Below the pieces are notes generated by a model, which was not told the DNA's origin, did no database searches, and saw only the letters and a program-made list of their open reading frames with translations. A program made the translations under genes and the position numbers. A DNA stretch of 50,375 nucleotides. It comes from Nanoarchaeales archaeon. GTDB taxonomy: Archaea; Nanobdellota; Nanobdellia; Woesearchaeales; UBA583. Location of the stretch: NCBI GenBank assembly GCA_013215525.1, contig JABSQY010000005.1, forward strand, positions 1-50,375, given 5' to 3'. Positions 39,377 through 48,700 of this stretch are shown here, piece after piece; the stretch's first letter is position 1, and each line of letters opens with the position of its first letter.

Positions 39377-40198
39377 TTAATTAATTTTTTTAGTTTTATC
39401 TAAATTTAAATAATTATTTGATGATACTACTTTAGTTGTTGATTCTTTTTCTAGTTCTTTAATTGCATTTTTAGCAATATTGCCACCTTTTCTTGCTGAT
39501 TCTAAATTTTCGTTAAATCCTTGTGAATTCAAATCTTTAGATATTTGAGTTGTTGATGCTTCTCCAAGCATTGAAAATATTAATTCTAAGTCCGTCATAT
39601 GGTCTCTTAAATTTTGATTTGGTTTTATAATTCCTTTATGATTTTTATGTTCTTTAATGGATTTATCAAAGGTTGCTTTTGAAATTTCATTTGTTAAAAT
39701 TGCGAATTCTTGTGACTGTTCAATTCCTCTATTTTTCCATTCATCAGTTAATTCTTCTCTTACTGCTATTCCTCTTAATCTTTTTTCAATCCAACCTTTT
39801 GAATAACCTTTAACTTCATAATATTCTTTTACTCTTTGTTGTGCTAGTTCTGGATTTTCAATTTCTAATAGTCTATCTTCTCCAACTTGTGCTAACCATT
39901 GTTTAAATGGTTCTGCTTTTTTAGATGGAACTGATTGTATGATTCTTAAAAGTCCTTTTCTTGATACGCAATCTGTAACTCTCAACTTTCCATCAGTTGC
40001 TTTTAATTTCAACTGTCGACAATTTGTCGATAGTTCAACTCCTTGTTCTAATTCTCTTTTTTTTAATCTATACCAGTAATCTTTTGCATCTTTACTATCA
40101 GTTAATACTCTTATTATATCCACAACTGAAAAATACCATTCTTCATCATGCCACATTCTTCTTATTTTTTGGTTTTCAAAATTAATTATTTCTTCCAT
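39377..40198 (-). CDS. Bro-N domain protein (phage antirepressor-like)
   Basis: IRRMW..EEWYFSVVD, LKLKATDGK, RIIQSVPSKKAEPFKQWLAQVG, NLRDHMTDLELIF. Confidence 0.9.
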   Translation of the reverse strand: MEEIINFENQKIRRMWHDEEWYFSVVDIIRVLTDSKDAKDYWYRLKKRELEQGVELSTNCRQLKLKATDGKLRVTDCVSRKGLLRIIQSVPSKKAEPFKQWLAQVGEDRLLEIENPELAQQRVKEYYEVKGYSKGWIEKRLRGIAVREELTDEWKNRGIEQSQEFAILTNEISKATFDKSIKEHKNHKGIIKPNQNLRDHMTDLELIFSMLGEASTTQISKDLNSQGFNENLESARKGGNIAKNAIKELEKESTTKVVSSNNYLNLDKTKKIN

Positions 40199-40323
40199 TT
40201 TGGTTTAATTAATATTATAAATATTTAAAGTTTTATATATATTTATTTTATGTTGAAGTGAAACTATATATATGATATAAATCTGACGTTTATGTTACTT
40301 TGAAATATATTTTATTTTTTTAA

Positions 40324-40641
40324 TTACTCTAATATAAAATCTTTTTTTAAAGATTTATTATATCTAAAATTTGTTTGCTCAACATCAACTTTTCCTTTAT
40401 GATTGTAATAGTAATTTTTATCAGTAATAAAATTATTATATTTGAAAGTTTCAACATCTGCTCCAGTTAAAATATTATAATTATAATAAACATTAAATTT
40501 ATCTTTTCCATAATCTTTACTTAAGAACTGATATGACTCTGGATCAGTAATATTTTTCATTATTTTATTTTTAACATAAACATTATTATTGTCTTTTGCT
40601 ATATCATATACACTGTTTAAAATTATGAAAGACTTAGAATC
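40324..40641 (-). pseudogene. 5'-truncated DKNYY-repeat protein remnant
   Basis: AKDNNNVYV, GKDKFNVYY, GADVETF, TDKNYYY repeats; DKNYY-like sequence continues in frame upstream of ATG 40560 to 40641, where it abuts repeat copy 4 with no start codon. Confidence 0.75.
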
Positions 40642-40718
40642 TGAAAACGAAGTTTGAAATTAGGCGAAAATTGGCTTCGCGTGTATGTCTGCCTTTTTGT
40701 TTATTCAAATATATTTAT
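40638..40718 (-). repeat. Structured intergenic repeat, copy 4 (right half only)
   Basis: aatctgaaaacgaagtttga...aggcgaaaattggcttcgcgtgtatgtctgcctttttgtttattc.aatatatttat. Confidence 0.85.
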
Positions 40719-40813
40719 GGAATGTACACTTACAAACAAAGCGAAACTATCAAAAGGATTTATTTATTTCGCGAAGCCAATTTGAATTAATTTTCCTTTA
40801 CTTTGGAATATGG

Positions 40814-42850
40814 TTATTTATCCCAGTTTATAACTTTTTCAAAATTAAACATTTGTTCATCAGATAATTTTTGTTTATTATAATTAAACTTTTGTCTATC
40901 GTACCAATTAACTAAAATCTTATCGTCATTATCTGAGTTTTTTCTATTTGGTAATCTATTATTGTTTTTAATAAATTCAATTAATAATTTATAGTTTTTA
41001 ATCCATAGTTCTAATTGACTATTTTTATTTATGATACTTTCCCAACTCCATATGGGTATGTTTTCCATTAATTCAATTTTTTTTTGAGTTAATTTATTTT
41101 GTCGAAATAAATATTTTTGTCTTTCAAACCAACTTACTATATCTTTGTCATCATTATTTACTTTTTTTCTATTTGGGAGTCTATTATTATCTTTTATAAA
41201 ATTAAACAAAGTATTATAATTTTTCATCCATAATTCTAATTGCCCTTTTTCACTTATTGAACTTTTCCAATTCCAAAGTTGAATATTTTCCATAAGTTCA
41301 ACTTGTTTTTTATTTAATTTATTTTGTTTGTATGAGTGCCTTTGTCTTTCAAACCAAAGTATTATTACTTTATCATCACTATTCTTTTTTTTTCTATTTG
41401 GGAGTCTATTATTATCTTTTATAAAATTAAACAAAGTATTATAATTTTTCATCCATAATTCAGATTTATTTCTTTCACTTCCCCAACTCCAAAAAGAGAT
41501 ATTTTCCATAAGATTAATTTGTTTCTTATCTAATTTATTTTGTCGAAATAAATATTTTTGTCTTTCAAACCAATATACTATAGATTTATCATCACTATTC
41601 TTTTTTTTTCTATTTGGAAGTCTCTTATTTTTTTCAACAAATTTTGAAAATATTTTATAATATTCACTCCAAGATTTATAACTTTCTTCTTTTCTATAAC
41701 CCCAAAACCATTTTTCTAAAGATTCAAGTAGATTTATTTGTTCGTCAGATAATTTTGAGTATGGGATTTGTCCTCTATAAACTCTTCTTTGTATCATACA
41801 CCAAACTCCTAATTTTTTTTCAGAAGGTATTTTAGAATCACCTTTAGGCATATTTCCTTGGTTTTTTGAAATAAAAATTAATAAATTATCATATATTTCT
41901 CCCCATTTATCTCTCCTTGTCCAATACCAACTAGGGAGAGACTCTAATAATTTTATTTTTTCATCAGATAATTTTTCTTTACTTTTTTCTCTTCCTGAAA
42001 AAATTCCTCTTTGTCTTTTAATCCAAGTATCTAATTTTTCTTCTGGTTTTGAAACTTCTTTAAATGGACTTCTATAATCTTGTTTAGTTGGATGTCTTTT
42101 ATATTTCTTAATAAATAGTTTTACTTTATTATAACTTATAAACCACATATCTTTTCTACTCCAAATCCAATGTTCTAAGTTTTCTAAATCATTAATGTTT
42201 TCTTTATTTAGTAAACCTTTTGTAAAATTTTGTCTTTGTATATTACACCACTTACCTAATTCGTGTTCTGTTTTATCTCTTGAAGCATTCGCAGGTGTTT
42301 TATTATTTAAGTTAGTGAATCTTTTTACAGCGTTATAAATAGTTTTCCAAGATTCTGATTTTATGTCTATAGATGCTCTTGTTTCAAAAGTTCCATCTGC
42401 TCTATATTTATAATAATATTTTATAATTCCTTTTATTATTTCTGTTCTTTCTTTAGAAATAATTTTCATTAATTTTTCATCTAATACTAATGTTTCATGC
42501 TCAGAAGTTAGTACTTTTCTTTTTTTAAATTGAATGTTTTTTTCAAAAGTAATTTCAGATTTATAATGTGCAACTTTATTTCTGATTTTTTGAATTTTTT
42601 CTATAGATTTCACAATTTTTTTAATTTCAACTTTATCAAAATTTTCAATTTTACAAATTTTTTGAAAAATTATAACTTTATTTTCAAAATTGAATTTTAA
42701 TAAAATTGTTTCTTGAAAAAATGAAGTTTTAGAAGTTCTTGGAGAAATATAATAATCTGAAATAAATGTTTCTAAATATGATTCAATATGTAATATTGTT
42801 GATAAAATTTCTCCAATTTTTTCATGAAATTCCTTTATCTTTTCTTTCAT
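40814..42850 (-). CDS. HEPN-like N-terminal domain plus seven helicase-associated (HA) domain repeats
   Basis: IRNKVAH (RxxxxH) in a helical N-domain; seven W...Y..(F)....P......W...QR/K......L......(L/M)E....W.W units. Confidence 0.8.
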   Translation of the reverse strand: MKEKIKEFHEKIGEILSTILHIESYLETFISDYYISPRTSKTSFFQETILLKFNFENKVIIFQKICKIENFDKVEIKKIVKSIEKIQKIRNKVAHYKSEITFEKNIQFKKRKVLTSEHETLVLDEKLMKIISKERTEIIKGIIKYYYKYRADGTFETRASIDIKSESWKTIYNAVKRFTNLNNKTPANASRDKTEHELGKWCNIQRQNFTKGLLNKENINDLENLEHWIWSRKDMWFISYNKVKLFIKKYKRHPTKQDYRSPFKEVSKPEEKLDTWIKRQRGIFSGREKSKEKLSDEKIKLLESLPSWYWTRRDKWGEIYDNLLIFISKNQGNMPKGDSKIPSEKKLGVWCMIQRRVYRGQIPYSKLSDEQINLLESLEKWFWGYRKEESYKSWSEYYKIFSKFVEKNKRLPNRKKKNSDDKSIVYWFERQKYLFRQNKLDKKQINLMENISFWSWGSERNKSELWMKNYNTLFNFIKDNNRLPNRKKKNSDDKVIILWFERQRHSYKQNKLNKKQVELMENIQLWNWKSSISEKGQLELWMKNYNTLFNFIKDNNRLPNRKKVNNDDKDIVSWFERQKYLFRQNKLTQKKIELMENIPIWSWESIINKNSQLELWIKNYKLLIEFIKNNNRLPNRKNSDNDDKILVNWYDRQKFNYNKQKLSDEQMFNFEKVINWDK

Positions 42851-43092
42851 AAATTATTCTAAAAATTAATATTTATAATACTATTGTCTAAAATTGATAT
42901 AAAATTTCAATTTAAAGGAAACTAATTCCAGACTTTAGAAAAAATCCACCAAATTGTTTTAAAACTAGAAAATTACAAGTAACACATATTATGCCAACTT
43001 TGAGTTGGTATATCTTGAAAAAAGTTTACTTTTTGAGTGTTATTATTATTATTATTCTGAAAAACCAACTTTAGAATTAAAACTTTAAATTT

Positions 43093-43917
43093 CTATAAAT
43101 CAAAAGATTCTGTTGAGTTTAATTGTTCTTTTATGAATTTATTTAAATCTTCGATTAAATTTGTTGTGGATTTTGTATATTTATCAACATCTTTTCCGCT
43201 CATTTGGATTTGATTTTTTTCTACTTGTTTATACAACTCATACATTTGTTTTATTTGGACACCGTATTTTTCTATTGGAGTTCCTTTTAATTTTACTTTA
43301 AATATTTCAGGGATTTCTTTTGGACTACTTGGAGTTATTTTCTTTGCCATTAATGCTGCGTGTGCCATGTCAACTGTTGCGTAATATAAATCTAGAAAAC
43401 TGTTTTGCATATGTTTGTGTGTTTCCTCGAGCAGTGTTTCTGCTCTTGCTTTGTAGTTGTTAATTGCTTCAATTGTTGGTCGCATTCTACCAATTTCTAA
43501 TAAATATTGTAGTGGCGCGATTAAATCTCTATCAAATAATGGAGTTCCGTGTCTTAAAATGTTTGTTAAAACTGGGTCTCCTTTTCTACTCATGTCCCAT
43601 AATGCTGATAAATTAATTGTCATTAAATGGATTTTTCCTTTTGCAAGGTCTGTGTTTAGTTTGTTTGTAATAATTCTGTACGCTTCTCTTAATTCATCTG
43701 TTACAAAAACTGTAACGTTATTTAATACAACTAAAATGTCAATGTCTGAATCTTTGTTTAATGTGTCGTTTGTATTAGATCCGAAAAGCACAATACTTCG
43801 AACTAGTTCTCCCATTTCTTTAATTAAATTTTTTGAAAATTCTCTTGTAATTCTTAAATTTTCAATGTGATAGTTTTCTTCGTTTGAAGTTTGTTTTTGA
43901 TTTTGTTTGAAGTCCAT
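43093..43917 (-). CDS. Nucleotidyltransferase (MNT, pol-beta superfamily) + HEPN domain protein
   Basis: SIVLFGS...SDIDIL; C-terminal LYYA.VD.AHAAL HEPN helix. Confidence 0.85.
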   Translation of the reverse strand: MDFKQNQKQTSNEENYHIENLRITREFSKNLIKEMGELVRSIVLFGSNTNDTLNKDSDIDILVVLNNVTVFVTDELREAYRIITNKLNTDLAKGKIHLMTINLSALWDMSRKGDPVLTNILRHGTPLFDRDLIAPLQYLLEIGRMRPTIEAINNYKARAETLLEETHKHMQNSFLDLYYATVDMAHAALMAKKITPSSPKEIPEIFKVKLKGTPIEKYGVQIKQMYELYKQVEKNQIQMSGKDVDKYTKSTTNLIEDLNKFIKEQLNSTESFDL

Positions 43918-43977
43918 TTTGATTTTATTTATATTTGATTAATATTTTTGAGTATTTTTTATTTTTTTACCTTTTTG

Positions 43978-44529
43978 TTACGCTTTAATTTGGTGATTTA
44001 CTAAATCTAATTCGATTCTTGACAAGTCATCAATTATGTCAAACATTTTTCTTGATATATCTTTTAAGTCTTTTATTTCATCATCTTTTTGAGATAGTTT
44101 TTCTTTTAATAAATATAATTCAAGTTCAGAGCTGTGAGTTTGCTCTTTTAGTTTTTTAATCTCTGCTTTCATTTCAGATTTATTTTCTTTAATTGATGTT
44201 TTATTATGTTTGATTGATTCAATTAAACTTGAAATTTTTAAATGTTCACCGTGAGAGTCTGATACAATTTGTTTTAATTCTTTAATTTCAGCTTTCATTT
44301 TTTCAAATTCAAACGCTGAGATTTCATCTGGTTTGTTTTTTACGTGGTGTTTGATGTGGTGAATTTGTTCTTGAAGATGATTTGATACGTTATGGATTTG
44401 TTTTGAAATTTCTTTATGGTTTGATAAAAATTCATTATAATTGTGAGAAATTTTATCAGATAAAAATAACATATCATTTTTAACTTTTGAAAAACCTTCT
44501 TTGATTTTTGGAAGTTCTGTTTTAAACAT
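43978..44529 (-). CDS. Hypothetical coiled-coil protein
   Basis: 183-aa ORF with heptad pattern and internal repeat MKAEIK. Confidence 0.7.
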   Translation of the reverse strand: MFKTELPKIKEGFSKVKNDMLFLSDKISHNYNEFLSNHKEISKQIHNVSNHLQEQIHHIKHHVKNKPDEISAFEFEKMKAEIKELKQIVSDSHGEHLKISSLIESIKHNKTSIKENKSEMKAEIKKLKEQTHSSELELYLLKEKLSQKDDEIKDLKDISRKMFDIIDDLSRIELDLVNHQIKA

Positions 44530-44634
44530 ACTATTTTTTACATTTTTAGTTTTTTAATGTATGGTTTTAATTAGTAAGTTGTGACTGAAAGGATTTTCGA
44601 TATGTTTTTATAATTAGGTTGTTTGATTATATTT

Positions 44635-45381
44635 ATGTTTATTAAAAATATTAAATTTAATTATGTTTACGTACGTGATTCAGGTGTTAAAATAGATTCA
44701 AATGTACATCCATTTAATTTAGATGTTTTTAATTTTTTTAAGAAAGGAGGAGAATTAATTTTTAATTCAAATGTTACTTTTTTTGTTGGAGAAAATGGAG
44801 CAGGTAAAACTTCATTTATTGAAGCGTTCGCTTATAAACTTGGTTTAAATAAATTTGGTGGATCTAAAAACTTTATTTTAAATGAAAATGAAAAACCAGT
44901 TTTATCTGATTTTTTGTCTATTGTTAAAGCTAATAATGCGTTATCAGGTGATGCTTTTTTTTTTAGAGCTGAAAATTTTTTTAATTTACAAGATGATTTA
45001 GATAAATATCTTAATACTTCTAGTACGTATACTGGTAATTCTAAAAATTTTCGAGAAATGTCACATGGTCAAGGTTTTAAAGCTTTTTTCGAGAACAGGC
45101 TTGGTGATGAAGGAATATATATATTTGATGAACCTGAATCTGCTTTATCAGTTCAATCACAAATAGAATTTTTATTTTTATTAAAGGAGTTATCAAAATT
45201 AAATAATCAAATTTTTATTGTTACACATTCGCCTATTATTTTATCGTTTCCGAACGCTGAGATATATGATGTGTCGCTGGACTTTGAGAAAGTAGATTAT
45301 GAGGAGACAACGCAGTTTTGTGATATGAAGAATTTTATTAATAATGTTGATAGATATAGATATGATTTAAAAAAAGATTAA
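44635..45381 (+). CDS. Stand-alone ABC-type ATPase (AAA_21 / COG3910-like)
   Basis: GENGAGKT, FFRAENFF, SHGQGF, DEPESALS, VTHSPI. Confidence 0.88.
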   Translation: MFIKNIKFNYVYVRDSGVKIDSNVHPFNLDVFNFFKKGGELIFNSNVTFFVGENGAGKTSFIEAFAYKLGLNKFGGSKNFILNENEKPVLSDFLSIVKANNALSGDAFFFRAENFFNLQDDLDKYLNTSSTYTGNSKNFREMSHGQGFKAFFENRLGDEGIYIFDEPESALSVQSQIEFLFLLKELSKLNNQIFIVTHSPIILSFPNAEIYDVSLDFEKVDYEETTQFCDMKNFINNVDRYRYDLKKD

Positions 45382-45397
45382 ATAAATATTATATATT

Positions 45398-46042
45398 TTA
45401 TTCTCCTCCTCCTCCATCTCCACCCTCGAATTCAATTCCGTGATTAATTAAATTCTTTGAATTTGATTTTTTTTCATCATTTCTAGTACCGAATACTATT
45501 TTTTTTAAAATCACAATAAACATTAAAACTAAAATTGATAAAGAAATGTCGGTTTTAGTAATTAAACTATCAAAAACCCTATAAAAATCTTCACTAAATT
45601 TATGAATATTTTTATATTCTTTAATGTCCAAGTCTTTTTTATTTATATAATTTCCATGTTTATCAAAGAAATTATCTTTGATTTCAATTATTAATTCTTT
45701 AATTTCTTCATCATTTTTTATAATTTTTAATAAGTTTGTATAATTTGTTTCATTTGATATAAAATCAATAAATTGTTTTATACCGTTTGGATTTTCCATA
45801 TCAATTGCAGATATTAATGTGTATAAATTTATATTATAGTTTGTTTTACAATTTTCTATTATATTTTGTAAACCTGGATATTCTTTTTTTAGTTCTTGAT
45901 AAGCTTCAGTTTGAGTTACTAATGCGTATTGAGTTGCTAAATTTATTGAATCTTTATTTTCTAAATGTTTTATTGCTTGCGCATTACCAAACATATTTAT
46001 TATAAAAAATAAACCTATTCCTAGTTTTTTAATTTTTCCCAT
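45398..46042 (-). CDS. Hypothetical exported protein with C-terminal TM and Gly-rich tail
   Basis: Signal-like N-terminus, TM near C-terminus, ends EGGDGGGGE. Confidence 0.65.
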   Translation of the reverse strand: MGKIKKLGIGLFFIINMFGNAQAIKHLENKDSINLATQYALVTQTEAYQELKKEYPGLQNIIENCKTNYNINLYTLISAIDMENPNGIKQFIDFISNETNYTNLLKIIKNDEEIKELIIEIKDNFFDKHGNYINKKDLDIKEYKNIHKFSEDFYRVFDSLITKTDISLSILVLMFIVILKKIVFGTRNDEKKSNSKNLINHGIEFEGGDGGGGE

Positions 46043-46160
46043 ATTATTAAATTTAAAAATATGATATATAGTTATATCTTTTTATTAAAAGTGACAATAT
46101 GATAGATAAGTAAAAAATAAAAGTATTTGTGAAAAAAGTAGACTAATTTAATAAAGCAAA

Positions 46161-46514
46161 TTATAATATATTTATTAATACATAATTAAATGCCATAATT
46201 TCTGATAAGAATAAAACTAATTTAAATCCTATGTTTAATGTTCTATAAATTGAGTCTTCATCTCCAAAAGATTGGAATAAAGCGTATATATTAATTATAA
46301 ATGAAAATACAATTAAACTTCCTCCCCATTTATAATTATCAATTAATAATAAAAACATACCTAGTATAAATGATACTAATGCAGCTAGTAGCATACTTGG
46401 TCTTATTATTGCACCTTCTATAAAATTCTCTTTTGTAAAATCTTTTTCAGATAGACCAAACAAATATCTTTGCTGTGTCGTTTTTGATTTTGTAATCCTT
46501 TTAATATGTTTCAT
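46161..46514 (-). CDS. Hypothetical membrane protein (3 TM)
   Basis: 117-aa hydrophobic ORF. Confidence 0.65.
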   Translation of the reverse strand: MKHIKRITKSKTTQQRYLFGLSEKDFTKENFIEGAIIRPSMLLAALVSFILGMFLLLIDNYKWGGSLIVFSFIINIYALFQSFGDEDSIYRTLNIGFKLVLFLSEIMAFNYVLINIL

Positions 46515-46602
46515 AACATTTTTTATTTCTTTTTGTTTATAAATATTATTTACTTTGTTTTAATTAGAAACTATTATAAAGTTTTAAAGTTGTATTTTTT
46601 TT

Positions 46603-48417
46603 ATGAGCGATAATAAAGTAACCGATGAGCCTTTATCATTTGAAAAGGAGTTAAGTAGATTACCACCTGAAATTGTTACAATTTTAAAGAAGAAAGAAAA
46701 AAAGTTTTCTAGTTTTATAGAACTTTTAAAAAAAAAATCTAAAGGAAAGGACATGGGAGTGTTCTTAACACCACATATAGAGTTAAAAAATAATGTTCCA
46801 ACACCTGATTTTAATAAGTTAACACTTAATTTTTTATATGATGATTTTGATAAACCTTTACCTGAGTTTAATCCTAAAATGTTCTTTGAGAAAGAATTTG
46901 ATTCAGTTTTAGAAATTGTAACTATTAAAGATAAAGATTGACAAGAACAATCTAAATATGTTTTAAAGGAAGATAAAAATATTACATTTTTTCCAACAAC
47001 AGTTCAACATTTACGTGAGAATTGTTTTGATGGAATTTATGATGATATGAAAAGATTAGGGTCTTCTATTGTTTATTATGATTCTCGTGGTTTTATTTCT
47101 GCGTTAAAAACTATTGATATTCATAGAAATATGTTACTTCAAAAGTTTGAGAAGTATGTTGTTGTATATGCTGGAGCTGGAAGTTGGTTACGTGGTGAGA
47201 AGTCAAATGATTTTGATGTTTTTGTAGTGATTGATGATACAGATGTGAAGCGTATGCCTCGTATGCAGGTTAAAGATCAATTAACTAAAATTATTTGGCA
47301 AATGAGTCGTGAGATTGCGCAAGTTACAGGAATTCAAATCCATATTCAAGTTTATTTATTAACAGATTTCTGGGATGCGTTAAAAGATGCACATCCAGTT
47401 ATGTTTACATTTTTACGTGATGGTGTTCCATTTTATGATAGAGGAATTTATGGAGCTTGGAAAGAGTTATTAAAATTAGGAAAAATTAAGCCTTCAGCGG
47501 AAGCGATTGATTTACATATGAATGCTGGAACTCAATTAGTTGATAGGGCGCGTAAGATGTTTAATGAGATTGCAATGAATGATGTGTATTACGCATTTTT
47601 AAATCCTGCGCAAGCTGTTTTGATGATGAAAGGTTTTAATCCTACAACACCAAAAGAGACACTTAAGATTTTCAAAGAAGTTTTAGTTGATAAAGATAAA
47701 GTTATTTCACAAAAAGAGTTTGATAATTTTGAAGAAGCTGTTAAATTATTTAAATCACTTGAACACGACCAAGAGAAAAAAGTTTCAGGGAAAGATTTAG
47801 ATAGGATGCTTAATAATGCTGATAAGTTTTTATCAACTATTAAAAAAATGTTTGACCAAATTACTATTGATAAAACAAAAGATTCTTTTAATAATACATA
47901 CACTGAATTTATTACTCAATTATTACAATTACCAAACTTTGAAAAATTATCTGAAAAAGATTTAGTTAAAAATTTTGAAGCAGAGTATATTACATCTGGA
48001 AAATTACCTGATTTTACAAAAGAATCTATTAAATCTATTAAGAAAGCAAAGGTTGATTTTGATAAGGATAAGATTACATCAATTGAAGTTAATAAAGTTT
48101 TAAAGGAAATTAGAAATTTATTATCTGAATTAAAGAGTTTACGTGATACTAACATTTTAACTGAAGCAAATTCTAAAAAGCTTGCATTGATTTACGATGG
48201 TGCAAAGAGTTGCGACTTATTTATGTATGATAATAAGATTTATTTAATTGATTTTCCTAATGATAAAACTTATGAGTTTAAATCTCAAAAATTCATTGAG
48301 TCTAAGACTAAACGTGAAGATTTAGCGGATTCAAGTAAACTTCAAGATATGGAACTTACTGGAATGATTATTGATTGTGTTAAAGATATACTAAAAGCTA
48401 AATCTTTAAAGATTTAA
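46603..48417 (+). CDS. Large nucleotidyltransferase-HEPN protein with degenerate N-terminal NT domain; one in-frame TGA at 46939-46941
   Basis: ORFs 46603-46941 and 47047-48417 share a frame with no other stop (605 codons); AGSWLRGEKSNDFDVFVVIDD catalytic motif; VYYAFLNPAQAVL HEPN helix. Confidence 0.8.
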
Positions 48418-48439
48418 TCTTTTTATTTTATTTTATTTT

Positions 48440-48640
48440 CGAAGTACGTTTTGAAACGAATGCTTGCAGTCACTACGTAAACTTTGTTCGGGACATAGTG
48501 AACAAGTTCACGAAGTTTTGTCCAGAGCACTCACTTTTTTAGAATCGCGCAAGTATATATCTTAGTCGCGATTCAAAAAGCAAGCACTCTGAACAAAAAT
48601 CTTCCTAAGTTCATCGTTTTTTGTTTATTCGAACATATTG
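48440..48640 (-). repeat. Divergent member (copy 5) of the structured repeat family / candidate ncRNA (hairpin 48512-48604)
   Basis: gaagttttgtccagaGCAC...GCACtctgaacaaaa..cttc, inner stem gaatcgcg/cgcgattc, tail ttttgtttattcgaa. Confidence 0.7.
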
Positions 48641-48700
48641 ATTATTATTTTAAAACTAGAAATTTTTATAAATACTAATTCTAATATTTAATTATAATAA

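Noticed and set aside
39377..40198. Prophage suggested by the Bro-N gene
   Set aside because: No capsid, terminase, integrase or other viral genes nearby
35871..40718. Canonical integron attC cassette array
   Set aside because: Hairpins open with GTTT and close with AAAC, opposite to RYYYAAC...GTTRRRY; genes lie on both strands; no integrase in the window. Kept only as an analogy
41162..41461. Identical ~75-bp direct repeats as DGR template/variable region
   Set aside because: Both copies lie in frame within HA repeats, with no adenine-specific mismatches and no reverse transcriptase nearby
42991..43011. Hairpin ATGCCAACT-ttg-AGTTGGTAT
   Set aside because: Single short hairpin, possibly a terminator, with no further support
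32404..46941. Selenocysteine at the in-frame TGAs, or full genetic code 25
   Set aside because: Paralogs have Gly, not Cys; TGA is rare in coding frames and used in three ATGA overlaps, so wholesale reassignment is not supported
5128..48155. Many short alternative-frame or antisense ORFs in the ORF track (e.g. 5128, 7324, 9093, 19522, 20277, 26207, 34396, 36931, 40685, 43457, 47589)
   Set aside because: They overlap well-supported genes or repeats, show no motifs, and look like shadow ORFs
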